This document shows positions 10,769 through 22,109 of a DNA stretch of 64,000 nucleotides, in pieces. The notes below the pieces were generated by a model. It had not been told where the DNA came from. It was given only the letters and a program-made list of their open reading frames with translations, and searched no databases. Positions within the stretch are counted from its first letter, which is position 1; each line of letters begins with the position of its first letter. The stretch comes from Epithemia pelagica (lineage: Eukaryota > Protista > Bacillariophyta): contig OX337232.1 in NCBI GenBank assembly GCA_946965045.2, positions 2,356,001-2,420,000 on the forward strand, in the 5' to 3' direction. The translations under genes and the position numbers were made by a program.

Positions 10769-11004
10769 TGCCGCAATCTATCGTTATAGATGCGTCTCTT
10801 GTCGTACTCAGCGGTCAAATGATCGCTATGGTCAACAAATGATGACGGTAGGCAGGGAACGGAAGGGAGAAGAGATGCAACAATCAAACAAAGCGGAATT
10901 ATGATTCCAAACTGTGTGTGGGAGTTATTCTACTTTCTTGGCTCGACTCGCGCGCTCCAAGGCTGCTACCCCACTAGCATGCATACTTCCCCACTGTCAC
11001 GACA
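10769..11004 (-). repeat. 5' LTR of copia 1
   Basis: Identical to 4629-4864. Confidence 0.97.
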
Positions 11005-11316
11005 TTTATGTACGATTTTTTTCCAGTACAGTCTTCTACACTAATATACTCATGTACTGCGCAACGTGAACCAGCTTGTAGAGTATGAGACGAGTTGTAT
11101 AGATTGTAAGTTGTAATCTTAAGGTTATTACCTACTCCTATGTAGGAGACAGTACTCCTGCAACTTCCGGTAACTACCCGTGAGTCCCATATCCGCTAGC
11201 AATACCCAGAGGACAAGACCAAGAACTTCTTCGACAAAGGATCGATATTAATACAAAATACGTATTATGCAACCATAGAGTATGGTTTCCCAATCTCTAG
11301 TATGGAAGAAACGGGA

Positions 11317-11598
11317 ATGTCGTGAGGGATGTCGTTTGATGTCGTGAGGGATGTCGTTTGATGTTGTTTGATGTCGTTTGATGTCGTTTCGGGCTCGCGC
11401 GGAAACATGGTTTGAGTCAAAATCAAGCGGTGCGCATTCAGTTGATTCAGCGATGGGCCTAACGTCAATCATTGGTGTGTTTTCTGTTGAAGAATACCAA
11501 CTGCTGGAGAGTAGAGCTTCTTTTGGCGATATAAAAACAAACGACATCAAACGACATCAAACGACATCAAAAGACATCAAAAGACATCAAAAGACATC
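11317..11598. repeat. Two oppositely oriented arrays of a 10-bp unit (GATGTCGTTT / AAACGACATC)
   Basis: Array 1 at 11317-11389 with two longer GATGTCGTGAGG variants; array 2 at 11539-11598 with six units, the last three AAAAGACATC. Confidence 0.85.
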
Positions 11599-11768
11599 TA
11601 CAATGTCCCCCGACATCCGTGACTCGGGATGCATGCCTCATATCGAAAGAATCTGTGTCTAATATGATCATATCAGATATATTGGTGTGTGATAACGCTA
11701 TATGAAAACGGTTGTTTTATCGTGACGATACTCTGAGAAGTAGAAAGATTTCGTACGCTTTGAGTCTA

Positions 11769-12507
11769 CCCCCCAGCGGGGGTGTTTTTGAGGGAGTAAT
11801 TTCGTTGAAACACCCCCTTCTCTGTTCGCTGGATCTTGACGGTAGGAATATCTCATTTCCTCCACCACGATAACAACACGACAATCAAACTTTGTTGTTG
11901 CTGGTGACCTCCAATGGCCACCCCATCGCAATCCGACCATCATGTGATTCATATTAGTACCATGGTAGTGCATTGTGAGCGGCACAGTGCATGAGTGCCA
12001 CTCTAGGAAAGGATGAATACAGTGACGCGTAATACGGGCACAATAGGAGACCATGATGGCATGAAAATACATGAGAGTTGATGTTTTGCTATCAATGCAG
12101 TGCGTAACTACTACTGTTATGTGTATTGTATATCAATAGGTGTTCAAACAATGCAAGATAAGAACCATATTGTCCCTTTGAGTTGCTTCGTTCGAAATTG
12201 TGAGACGTCGCGTCCGTGCCTGTGCCACGAGGCATGGCGCCTATGAGTCTGATGCATAATAGCCTTAACCTTTAAACTTCGGTGATGCAGATGCATTCTA
12301 CACTATTGGTTTGAGGTCTATGACTGGGAAGACAGGTTTCAAGAGTCCAAATAGGTGCACAACAACCTGTGCAACACCATGGCCCGTGTTGTTATCGTGG
12401 TGGAGGAAATGAGATATGCCTACCGTCAAGAAATAGGTTATTATTTGCTCTTAGAGAAGGGGGTGGCTACACGAAATTACACCCTCAAATCCACCCCCGC
12501 TGGGTGG
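11769..12507. mobile_element. MITE with ~115-bp imperfect TIRs, TA-flanked (CTAG target)
   Basis: 11766-11880 (ctaccccccagcgggggtg...tcttgacggtaggaatatctcatttcctccaccacgataacaacacg) is the reverse complement of 12385-12510; TA at 11767-11768 and 12508-12509. Confidence 0.75.
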
Positions 12508-13727
12508 TAGTTTTGAGTCCATTACCGGAAGTTGCTGCAAAAGTGTTGCTGTGGGTATTGTTATTTGGTATTGTGAAAGATGTCCTACTCTAGTAGAGAT
12601 GTCTAATTCTACTCCAATCTAGCTAGCCGTACTAGAAAAGAACTATGTCTCTATTTAGTACTCCGCAGTGCACTTCTCATCTAATACAATAGCTCTAGTA
12701 GAGAAGAGCTACGTATTAGGCATTCCTAACGTTTGCGGATAGCGGATATGGAAATAATTACTCCTAGTGCCTACTAGGGTGTCGTGCCCATGGAGGCCTA
12801 GTTTGCGCCCAAATCGAGGGTTTGGGAATCTGGATTTACTTCACCAATATCCATGATATACCCATAAGGATCAAGCATTGTAGACTCGAAACAATGCCTA
12901 AGGTCCCTGTAATATCACTTTTCATAGAACCACCATGGATAGAGATATTAATAGCTAAGGCATGGCCATTGTCGAACTTCGTGCCATTGTGGGCATGGTG
13001 GGCAGGTAATAGAGACTGTTGCAATAAGACGCCATATAAGGGTATGGAGCACATCCAGGCCATCAAAAGCATTAGGACTGATTTGCTGACGATGTGTTAT
13101 ATGTGCATGCAGTGCAATGCTGACATACTCGGCATTCGTTGCCGTTGAACATTGTGGCCATTGTTGGCACGTGCTTTGAGGTCTTGTTTGTGCTTCGTGC
13201 CATATATTGCCTCACATCTTTCCAAAATCAAACATTGAACACTCGTTCCCTCCTCTGATCATTCAACAACAATCACATGCAATATGCATTCAACTAATTC
13301 AGAATCTTTCGTATGTGATACGAACTTTACTTTGCTATTTCGGTAGTTCTAAAGATAACAATCATTGTTTTCCATCTTTAGAATTGAAAAGTTGGCATAG
13401 GAAAATCAAAAAGAGTTCAGCAATGGCAACGACAGCAACCAAGCAACCCCAGAAGAAGAACCCTAGCCTCTCAGTGGGTACAAAGGCCATCATCAAGACA
13501 GGTAATATTCCCTGCATCATTGTGAAGGCCAGGGCAAAGATGGAGTGGACCGTGCAGATTGTGGATGAAAATGGCTCTCCAACCCAGGATATAGTTGATT
13601 GTACCTCCCAGATGTTGCGGCACATCAGGAGGCACAAAGGAGAGATCTTCCCTGGAGAACCACAACCACCAAAAAATGTAGAAGGAGGAGGCACCGATGC
13701 ACTGCAAGGAGGGGAAGTGGGAGCAGG

Positions 13728-14511
13728 TGTTAGAATTCTCACCGTCTATGGTGGTTAGATTCTACATCTCATCGATTCCCCATGTCACATAGCCTCGTGC
13801 TATCGCATCATGCCATCTAGCTTCGAGCTATGTTCCCTAGCTTCGCGCTATATCGACCTATATTTCTTCGCAAATCATGAAAAGTGAGAATAGATTGACG
13901 AACTCACTCTCAAGACTAAACTGGGTCGTGCGGTATTACAACGGACGTAAATTTGGCCGTTGCTCGGACATTATACTAACGCCCTAAGCGTACGCGCCCA
14001 AAATCATCGAGCGCGCCCAAGCGACATCCGAGCGCTATCGGCATCTATCCGACCCAACGGTCTAAGTATCCCAAGCACGACACACGATCACGCGAGACCA
14101 TATTTCCATTCCCACAATCTCCAAATTGTCAACAAGCTGCGCGCCATGAAAACAACTATGCCAATCCAAAGCAAGAGCTGTTGACCCTGTATATGTTATC
14201 CGTCCACATATACATGTCATATACATCACATGAATCGACTCCAACTATTCCAAACCTGTTGCCGCCAAGAACCTATGACACATGACCCTTGGCAGGACCG
14301 AACATTTCACGTAGACCTATCGTAGTAATCAACACACAATCTAACAATATCACCATTTATCACATCCTCTTTTGTGTCCCGACTATCCTTTTGATAGACT
14401 ACGACTTGCTTTCCTCTCTTACCCGTGGAGAGGTTTGTATCGGTTGGTGACTACCTGATTGTCTGCTCTAATGAGCATTGATGTCCCTACAATTCAGAAA
14501 GAATTGTAACA
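13728..14511 (+). repeat. 5' LTR of copia 2
   Basis: Direct repeat of 21326-22109 with 9 substitutions and no indels. Confidence 0.96.
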
Positions 14512-14522
14512 GATTAACAGTC
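14512..14522 (+). promoter_or_regulatory. Primer-binding site of copia 2, complementary to a tRNA-Asn(GTT) anticodon arm
   Basis: GATTAACAGTC abuts the LTR; complement GA-CTGTTAA-TC is an Asn anticodon loop with self-consistent stem pairs. Confidence 0.7.
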
Positions 14523-14547
14523 TCAACGCTTATTTCCTTGTGGTTTC

Positions 14548-15327
14548 ATGGATACTAACGAGCTTATCACTCCTGTACGACAGATTTATCGAGCCAACCT
14601 GCATTCCGGGCAGCCCGACACCCTGGTGCAGCAGGAACTGGTGCCGACGTTGAAGGCAGCCAACACATTGGTCAACATCTCCGTCGACAGTTCCAACAGC
14701 AACCCATTCGAGACTCCAACCCAGCCTCACGCTCCGATCCCTGCGCCGTTGCTTCGGCCCCCGAGTCCGCCTCGTCGGCTCGTCCCTTCTCGATCCCGTC
14801 GTACCACCCGGTTGATTGCTGATCATATCAAGTACTTCCGTCAACCAACTTCTTCGACCTTCGATCCCGAGATCATCCGTGGGGAGACCCAGATCGAACG
14901 CCAGTTCCAATCGGTGACCCACATCGTCGACCAAGAAGACATTGAACGTCTGAACGACCAACTTCATCGCTCTCCGAGGCGTTGCCTCATCTTGGCCGCC
15001 CTCTCGGGCAACCCCATCCGTACTGTCCACCTCCGCTTCCTAACCTTCGAGCGCCCAACTGGATACTACAATACCATCTACGTCGTGAACACGACGACTT
15101 GCCCTCTGCCTCCTAACGTTGTACGCCTAGATAACTACGTTGCCTACATCCACGAGGTCCATACCATCGAGGACCATCGTGCAACTATCTTCCCTTTGCG
15201 TGCCGAGGCCGAGAACCACTTGGCTGAAGGTGATACCCCTTCTTCTGTTGCTTGTGCTGCCCCATCTGAGCCTGGAAACGACTCTGATTATTCGGAAGAG
15301 AGTGGAGATTCGGAAACTGAAGCTTAA
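14548..15327 (+). CDS. Accessory ORF ('ORF0', 259 aa, unknown function) upstream of gag in copia 2
   Basis: ATG 36 nt after the LTR, sense orientation, uninterrupted 259 codons, Pro/Arg-rich linker and acidic tail; no family recognised. Confidence 0.6.
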   Translation: MDTNELITPVRQIYRANLHSGQPDTLVQQELVPTLKAANTLVNISVDSSNSNPFETPTQPHAPIPAPLLRPPSPPRRLVPSRSRRTTRLIADHIKYFRQPTSSTFDPEIIRGETQIERQFQSVTHIVDQEDIERLNDQLHRSPRRCLILAALSGNPIRTVHLRFLTFERPTGYYNTIYVVNTTTCPLPPNVVRLDNYVAYIHEVHTIEDHRATIFPLRAEAENHLAEGDTPSSVACAAPSEPGNDSDYSEESGDSETEA

Positions 15328-15647
15328 TTACTCATAGTTAACTCCCGTCCTCTCAAAACCTTTCCAAGACTTAAACTCAACGCACATCCGGGTACCCTTG
15401 GTCGCACAACACGCCACACATTCCCGTCAAATCGCGAAAATTCGGCGAAAATTTGTTGAAACTCGGCGAAAATTTGTCGGAATCAACGGAAATTTCCAGG
15501 AGTCGCACATCACAGCACACATCCGGGTATCACATACGTGGTACATACGTGACACACGTGGTACATCCGGGTTCACATCACATCACACATTAAATAAACC
15601 ACATCACACCGCACATTAAATAAACATCGAACCAACCAAATAACACC

Positions 15648-16883
15648 ATGGATCCTCAATCACCCAAGACACCTACGACTCCTAAGGGAGAAGATAACCA
15701 AGACAATGTCTCGAACACAGACCTATTCGACCACATCATATTTACTGTCTGCCAATTCTTTACCAAGGAAAGGGCCGACTACTTAATGAAGTGGATAAAA
15801 TACCATGGTTTTGAGAACATTACCCGTGTTATCTCGTATATGCAAACTAATACCGAGGAATCCATGAACGAACTGACACAATACAAGGTCAACAAACAGA
15901 CACGTGATCTACAAGGCCCCACAAGACAGCAGATCAAGCTCTTGGCTTATTGGGCCATATACAAGACCAATGAAATTCAAGACGAGCTATCCAATAGCGA
16001 CTGGATGAACCTAACGAGGAAAGAGTTCAACACTTGGACGATCAACACAGATTTCTCTAAGGGACCACCTAGCCAAGTTCCAGTCTCGCCAATGAAGTCA
16101 CCGTCATCTGTGAAATCTGTCAGCACAGTTACTGCCGCATCCCAATCTCAACACGACCTTACAGCATTCAGAAAGGGAACTAAGCGTGACGCAACTGCGT
16201 ATGAGGTATTCAAGGATGAACGATCCTGCGATTCATTCTGGCGTGTATTCAAGACTACAGCTAAGGCTCAAGGCCTATCCAACGTTCTGAATTTCAAATA
16301 CACACCACCGCATGATGATGAGTATGCCGAAGAACTTTTTCAAGAGCAACAAGTATTTTTTTACTCCGTTCTTGTCCGTATCATTCAGACTGACCAAGGT
16401 CGAGCCTATGTACGTGAACATGAACATGATAAAGATGCGCGTGCCGTGTTGCAGAAGTTACACTCTTTGCATACCGAATCCGACCTAGCAAAACGAGAAG
16501 TCCTCCGTTTAACCAACTACATTTCCAATCTACGTCTTGACGACACATGGCGCGGAACAACACGTCAATTTCTTCTACACTTTCAAGAGCAGCTACGTTT
16601 GCTAGACAATCTAGTGACATTGTCTGATCGCATCCCTGATCATACCAGGATGACCTTCCTCATGCAAGCTGTAGAAAAGGTACCTGATCTTTGCCGAGTC
16701 AAGATCTTGGATAATGTGGTAAACACCAAATCTGGTGCAAAGTCCCTTTGCTACCAATCATACTTCCGTCTTCTTCTAGACGCAGCCTACGAGATCAAGC
16801 AACCCAGTCATCTGTTCAAAGTCGCCGTCGACATGTCAAACAACATGAATCACTATATGGCCAAGATACAGATGCTGACATAA
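15648..16883 (+). CDS. gag: Copia 2 gag (frame shifts into pol near 16790)
   Basis: CoDi-type gag motifs (FRKGTKRDATAYEVFKDE, QQVFFYSVL, DQGRAYVREH, TWRGTTRQFLLHF); the gag-like tail continues in the -1 frame (DQATQSSVQSRRRHVKQHE). Confidence 0.85.
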   Translation: MDPQSPKTPTTPKGEDNQDNVSNTDLFDHIIFTVCQFFTKERADYLMKWIKYHGFENITRVISYMQTNTEESMNELTQYKVNKQTRDLQGPTRQQIKLLAYWAIYKTNEIQDELSNSDWMNLTRKEFNTWTINTDFSKGPPSQVPVSPMKSPSSVKSVSTVTAASQSQHDLTAFRKGTKRDATAYEVFKDERSCDSFWRVFKTTAKAQGLSNVLNFKYTPPHDDEYAEELFQEQQVFFYSVLVRIIQTDQGRAYVREHEHDKDARAVLQKLHSLHTESDLAKREVLRLTNYISNLRLDDTWRGTTRQFLLHFQEQLRLLDNLVTLSDRIPDHTRMTFLMQAVEKVPDLCRVKILDNVVNTKSGAKSLCYQSYFRLLLDAAYEIKQPSHLFKVAVDMSNNMNHYMAKIQMLT

Positions 16884-19800
16884 CCTCACAAGATGATATG
16901 GAGTATCATGTCCACAACACCAAAGCGACATCTGAATCTCCATCCTCACCGTCCAAGGTTAGTCTACCGCGTGACCTATGGTTCAAACTTTCTGAAGAAG
17001 ATCGCAAGTTGATCATTGAGTATAACAAGATGATTCAAGCACCTTCATCAACAACACCGAGGAAAGTGCAAACACATGCCCTCGACATTGATCCGGAACC
17101 TGATCCTGACCCCAACCAAGTTGCATCTGATGACGACTCACCTGGCGCAGTCCCTGAGCATCCAGATGATTCAGATCCGGTTACACAATTTATCAACCAA
17201 GCCATGACAACTGATATCAATCACCCGGCAACTGACCTGACTAGTGTTCTTTCTAACGCCAAGTCCAAGAAGAGCAAGAAGGTTACTTTCAAAGCCAACA
17301 TGCATAAACAAGCAGGACATGTTCCACGCTATTTGTTTTCCAGGAAATCTACTTTACCAGGAAATCAATTGATTGACCGTGGTGCTAATGGAGGACTTGC
17401 TGGTTCTGACATGCGCATCCTTTCTAAGACTGGCCGCCATATCACTATTGTGGGTATTGATAACCATGAACTTACTGGACTTCCTGTCGTCACATGTGCC
17501 GCAAAGTTTGAGAGCAATGATGGACCTATTGTCGGCATCTTCAATGAATATGCTTATTATGGAAAGGGCTTATCTATCCATGCTCCTGGTCAATTCGAGC
17601 ATTTCGGACTTGCTGTTGATGAACGATCTGTTAAAGTTGATGGTAAACAACGCATCACTACACTTGATGGTCATGCTATACCCCTTCACATCAAGGATGG
17701 GTTAGCCTACATCCACTCCTTGGGTATCCCCAGCGACGATGACATGAATACCTTACCTCAGATCATCTTCACGTCACCCGACACATGGGATCCTGGTGTT
17801 CTGGACCATTCGCATTCTACCACACCCTCTGACAATGATCCTGATTGGAAACACGTCAAGACTGATGGTAGTATGTCGAACCATCCATATGACAACTATG
17901 GGGAGTACACTGATCGTGTTGTTTGTAACCTCAATCTCCTTTTGGATCTCCCATACGATCATGGACCTGACGACGCACCCTTCTTTTCTATCTATGCTGA
18001 CGCAGAAGGTAATGATCCTACACTTCATGCCTCTGTCCACCGTCGTTACCAGGAAGCGTATGACTGGAAGAAGTTCCGTCCATTCTTTGGTTGGCAATCT
18101 GAAGATGTTATTGCCGATACGTTCAAGCACACTACACGTAATGGTAGCATTACTCTTGACCACGACACCCTCAAGAAACATTTCAAGGCTCGCAATCCGG
18201 TCCTTAATATACCTCGACGTCATGAACCCGTTGCTACTGACTCGGTTTTCTCCGAGACCCCTGCTGTTGATCATGGCGGTAAAGTTGCACAAATCTTTGT
18301 TGGTCGAGATACTCTGGTTACTGATATCTATGGGATCAAGTCGACCAAACAGTTTGTCAATACTCTTCAGGACAACATCCGGTTTCGTGGTGCCATGGAG
18401 ACTCTTATCAGTGATGGTGGTTCATCTCTCATCTCTCAAAAGGTCAAAGACATTCTTCGCACTTTGCTTATTGGGGAGTATCGATCCAAACCTTATCATC
18501 AACACCAGAATAAGGCTGAAAACCGTTACCAGACCGTCAAACGTATGACCAACACTCTCATGAATGCCACTGGTTGCCCTGCCAACACCTGGCTTCTTTG
18601 CCTTGAGTATGTCTGTGACTTATTGAACCATACATCATCACCCACCCATTCCGGTCGCACTCCTCTTGAGGCTCTCTCCGGACGCCCACCCGACATTACT
18701 CATCTCTTGTTCTTACCTCTCTGGGATGAGGTTTACTACCGTGTCGACCCCGCTGAACCCAATTCTGGTTCATATCCATCTTCTTCTGATGAGAAACTTG
18801 GCCACTGGGTTGGTTTTGCTCACAACGTTGGTGATTCTTTTACTTGGAAGATTCTCACCCCGGATAACCAGATAATCTACCGTTCTGCCGTTCGCCGTGT
18901 TGAATCCACTACACCTAACCTACGTGTGGATCGACCTTCAGGGGAGGATTCGTCTGAGAAGGATGACAATGATAAGCAAGCTGACACTGTCTTCATTCGC
19001 AGTGATAGTGAAGATCCATCCAAACCAATGCCCACGATTGATTTTGACGACATGATAGGACGCACATTCCTATGCGACACAGAAGAAAATGGGGAGCGAC
19101 ACCGTGGACGTGTCATCAAACGAGTCATTGATCTTAATGAAGAAGCAACGAAACAGGAAAACCGTGTCAAGTACATCTACCGAAAGACAAATTCTGATGT
19201 TGATGAGATGATATCCTATAATCAACTCATGGAGTATATCGAACAAGATAACCAAGCTCAAACCTCTGGAGATAATCTTTTCAGGTTCAGGGACGTCATT
19301 GCCCATCAAGGCCCACTGAACACAACTGATCCAGATTACAAGGGGAGCAAATATAATTTGCTTGTTGATTGGGAAACTGGGGAGACTACCTATGAACCTT
19401 TATTACTCATCGCCAATGATGATCCGATCACTGTAGCAATTTATGGAAAGAAACATGGTTTACTCAACAAACCTGGATGGAAGCATTTGAAACGTTATGT
19501 CAAAACAAGCAAACGTCTCGTTCGAGCAGCCAAACAGTCAAGGATTAAACAAGTTCACCATTCCGTCAAGTATAAGTTTGGATTCCAAGTACCACGCAAT
19601 TATGAGGAAGCTGTCGCTCTTGATAAACAACATGGCAACACAAAGTGGCAGGATGCAACAGAATTAGAATTGTCACAGATCCAGTCCTACAAGACATTCA
19701 AGGATTTTGGGAAAGCCATCTTCATTAAAGGGAAAGTATCCAATGCACCTGAAGGATATCATTAGATACGTGTACATCTTGTCTTTGACGTAAAACATGA

Positions 19801-21331
19801 TGGACGACATAAAGCAAGACTTGTCGCAGATGGACATCTCACAAAAGAACCTGTTGAGACAATCTATTCAGGTGTTGTTTCTATTCGCAACCTCCGCATT
19901 GCCTTATTCCTGGGTACTTTGAATGACTTGGAAATATGGGGAGCAGATATTGGAAACGCATATCTGGAAGCCTTGACAGGGGAGAAAATCTTCATTGTCG
20001 CAGGACCTGAATTCAAGGAATTAGAAGGTCACATCCTGATTATATACAAGGCACTTTATGGATTGAAGTCATCAGGCGCACGCTGGCATGATGTCTTATT
20101 CGATGTTTTGACAGACATGGGATTTTCACCAAGCAAAGCAGATCCGGATATCTGGATGAGGAAAGCACCTGGAGAAGACTGTTACGAATACATTGCCGTA
20201 TACGTTGATGACTTAGCCATTATTTCTACTGATCCTGGGAATATCTGCAAGATCCTGAAGGAGAAATACGACTTCAAACTCAAAGGAGATGGACCTATTG
20301 ATTTCCACTTGGGATGTTGTTACACCAAGGATCCTGATGGAACATTAGTAGCAGATCCAAGACGCTACATTGGTAAGATGGTGGACACTTTTGAATGAAT
20401 CTTCAAGGAGAAACCCAAGAAAGCCAAAACACCTCTTATTGGTGGAGACCATCCTGAATTGGATGATTCTGAGCTCCTTGATGAAGAAGGTACTAGCCAT
20501 TTCCAAACTCTGATTGGACAACTCCAATGGGTGATCACTATTGGTCGTTTCGACGTCTTCACCGCTACAATGACGCTATCACGCTTTCGTGCTGCTCCGC
20601 GGAAAGGACATCTTGATAGAGCCAAGCGTATCTATGGATACCTTGCACATCTCCCAGAAGGCGCAATCAGATTTAGGATTGGAGAGCCTGATTATTCAAG
20701 TCTTCCTACCCAAGAATTTGATTGGACTCGCACTGTCTATTCGAATGCAAGTGAACGTATTCCTGAAGACTGCCCAACACCTCTTGGCCGCTATGTTACC
20801 ACAACTCATTATGTTGATGCCAATCTCATGCATGACATAGTCACTGGTAAATCCGTCACTGCTGTTCTACATTTGTTGAACGGAACACCTATTGACTGGT
20901 ACAGCAAGAGACAGAGCACGGTGGAAACTGCTACCTATGGATCCGAGTTTGTAGCTGCAAGGACAGCAATAGATCAGATTACAGAATTACGACATTCTCT
21001 CCGCTACCTTGGAGTATCTATCCGAGAGCGAAGTTACATGTACGGAGATAACAGATCTGTTGTGCTCAATGCAACCGTTCCTCATTCCATACTATCCAAG
21101 AGACACCATCTTCTGTCATACCACCGAGTTCGTGAAGCCATCGCAGCAAAGTATGTTGCATTCTACTGGAAAGATGGAAAGACCAACCCTGCCAATATCC
21201 TTAGCAAACATTGGGATTTCGTATCTATTTGGCCCATGCTCAAGCCATTGTTGTTTTGGAAAGGAGAAGTTCAAGACCTCAACAAATCTAATGATGACAA
21301 GGCTGAAACGACGAGTTGTGGGGAGTGTTAG
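16748..21331 (+). pseudogene. pol: Copia 2 pol (PR, IN, chromodomain-like, RT, RH) with premature stops
   Basis: Track ORFs 16748-19765, 19919-20398 and 20459-21331 share one frame; stops are TAG at 19763-19765 and TGA at 20396-20398. Motifs LIDRGANGG, VATDSVF...LISDGG, ADIGNAYL, LYGLKSSG, VYVDD, YVDAN, SKRQSTVE. Confidence 0.93.
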
Positions 21332-22109
21332 AATTCTCACCGTCTATGGTGGTTAGATTCTACATCTCATCGATTCCCCATGTCACATAGCCTCGTGCTA
21401 TCGCATCATGCCATCTAGCTTCGAGCTATGTTCCCTAGCTTCGCGCGATATCGACCTATATTTCTTCGCAAATCATGAAAAGTGAGAATAGATTGACGAA
21501 CTCACTCTCAAGACTAAACTGGGTCGTGCGGTGCTACAACGGACGTAAATTTGGCCGTTGCTCGGACATTATACTAACGCCCTAAGCGTACGCGCCCAAA
21601 ATCATCGAGCGCGCCCAAGCGACATCCGAGCGCTATCGGCATCTATCCGACCCAACGGTCTAAGTATCCCAAGCACGACACACGATCACGCGAGACCATA
21701 TTTCCATTCCCACAATCTCCAAATTGTCAACAAGCTGCGCGCCATGAAAACAACTATGCCAATCCAAAGCAAGAGCTGTTGACCCTGTATATGTTATCCG
21801 TCCACATATACATGTCATATACATCACATGAATCGACTCCAACTACTCCAAGCCTGTTGCTGCCAAGAACCTATGACACATGACCCTTGGCAGGACCGAA
21901 CATTTCACGTAGACCTATCGTAGTAATCAACACACAATCTAACAATATCACCATTTATCACATCCTCTTTTGTGTCCCGACTATCCTTTTGATAGACTAC
22001 GACTTGCTTTCCTCTCTTACCCGTGGAGAGGTTTGTATCGGTTGGTGACTACCTGATTGTCTGCTCTAACGAGCATTGATGTCCCTACGATTCAGAAAGA
22101 ATTGTAGCA
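21326..22109 (+). repeat. 3' LTR of copia 2
   Basis: Direct repeat of 13728-14511. Confidence 0.96.

Larger units (their letters stand above)
4629..11004 (-). mobile_element. Copia 1: intact Ty1/copia LTR retrotransposon (CoDi-like), 6376 bp
   Basis: Identical 236-bp LTRs with TG...CA ends, 5-bp TSD TTTAT (4624-4628 and 11005-11009), PBS, PPT, and gag-PR-IN-RT-RH order. Confidence 0.97.
4111..11078. mobile_element. TA-flanked Tc1/mariner-type MITE (~590 bp of own sequence) split by copia 1
   Basis: TA|CAAGCTGGTTCACGTTGCGAAGTGCATGAG (4109-4140) is the reverse complement, with 2 mismatches, of CTCATGTACTGCGCAACGTGAACCAGCTTG|TA (11049-11080). Confidence 0.75.
13728..22109 (+). mobile_element. 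Copia 2: decayed Ty1/copia LTR retrotransposon with long LTRs, 8382 bp
   Basis: 784-bp LTRs with TG...CA ends differing at 9 positions; 5-bp TSD GCAGG (13723-13727 and 22110-22114); PBS; GGGGAG PPT at 21320-21325; gag-PR-IN-RT-RH order. Confidence 0.96.

Noticed and set aside
5087-10842. Many short track ORFs inside copia 1, including 7638-8399 (253 aa, +)
   Set aside because: Antisense or alternate-frame shadows of gag-pol with no independent motifs; the same applies to short ORFs overlapping the other long genes.
11317-11598. CRISPR-like array
   Set aside because: 10-bp units with no unique spacers, in a eukaryotic context with no cas genes.
11758-12518. 8-bp TSD ([C/T]TTTGAGT) making the 11.8-kb MITE hAT-like
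   Set aside because: One mismatch, and TA/CTAG junctions match neighbouring elements; not excluded, but less parsimonious.
11160-12535. 14-bp inverted repeat GCAACTTCCGGTAA (11160-11173 / 12522-12535) as ends of another element
   Set aside because: No TSD, does not extend, and a second 12-bp match (~11187 / ~12740) crosses rather than nests with it.
13960-14184. 74-aa ORF repeated at 21558-21782
   Set aside because: Lies inside the LTRs; the duplication is just the LTR pair and the start is non-ATG.
16748-16883. Programmed -1 frameshift between gag and pol of copia 2
   Set aside because: No X-XXY-YYZ slippery heptamer is seen, the shift falls inside gag-like sequence, and the element has two other lesions; a 1-nt deletion is more likely.
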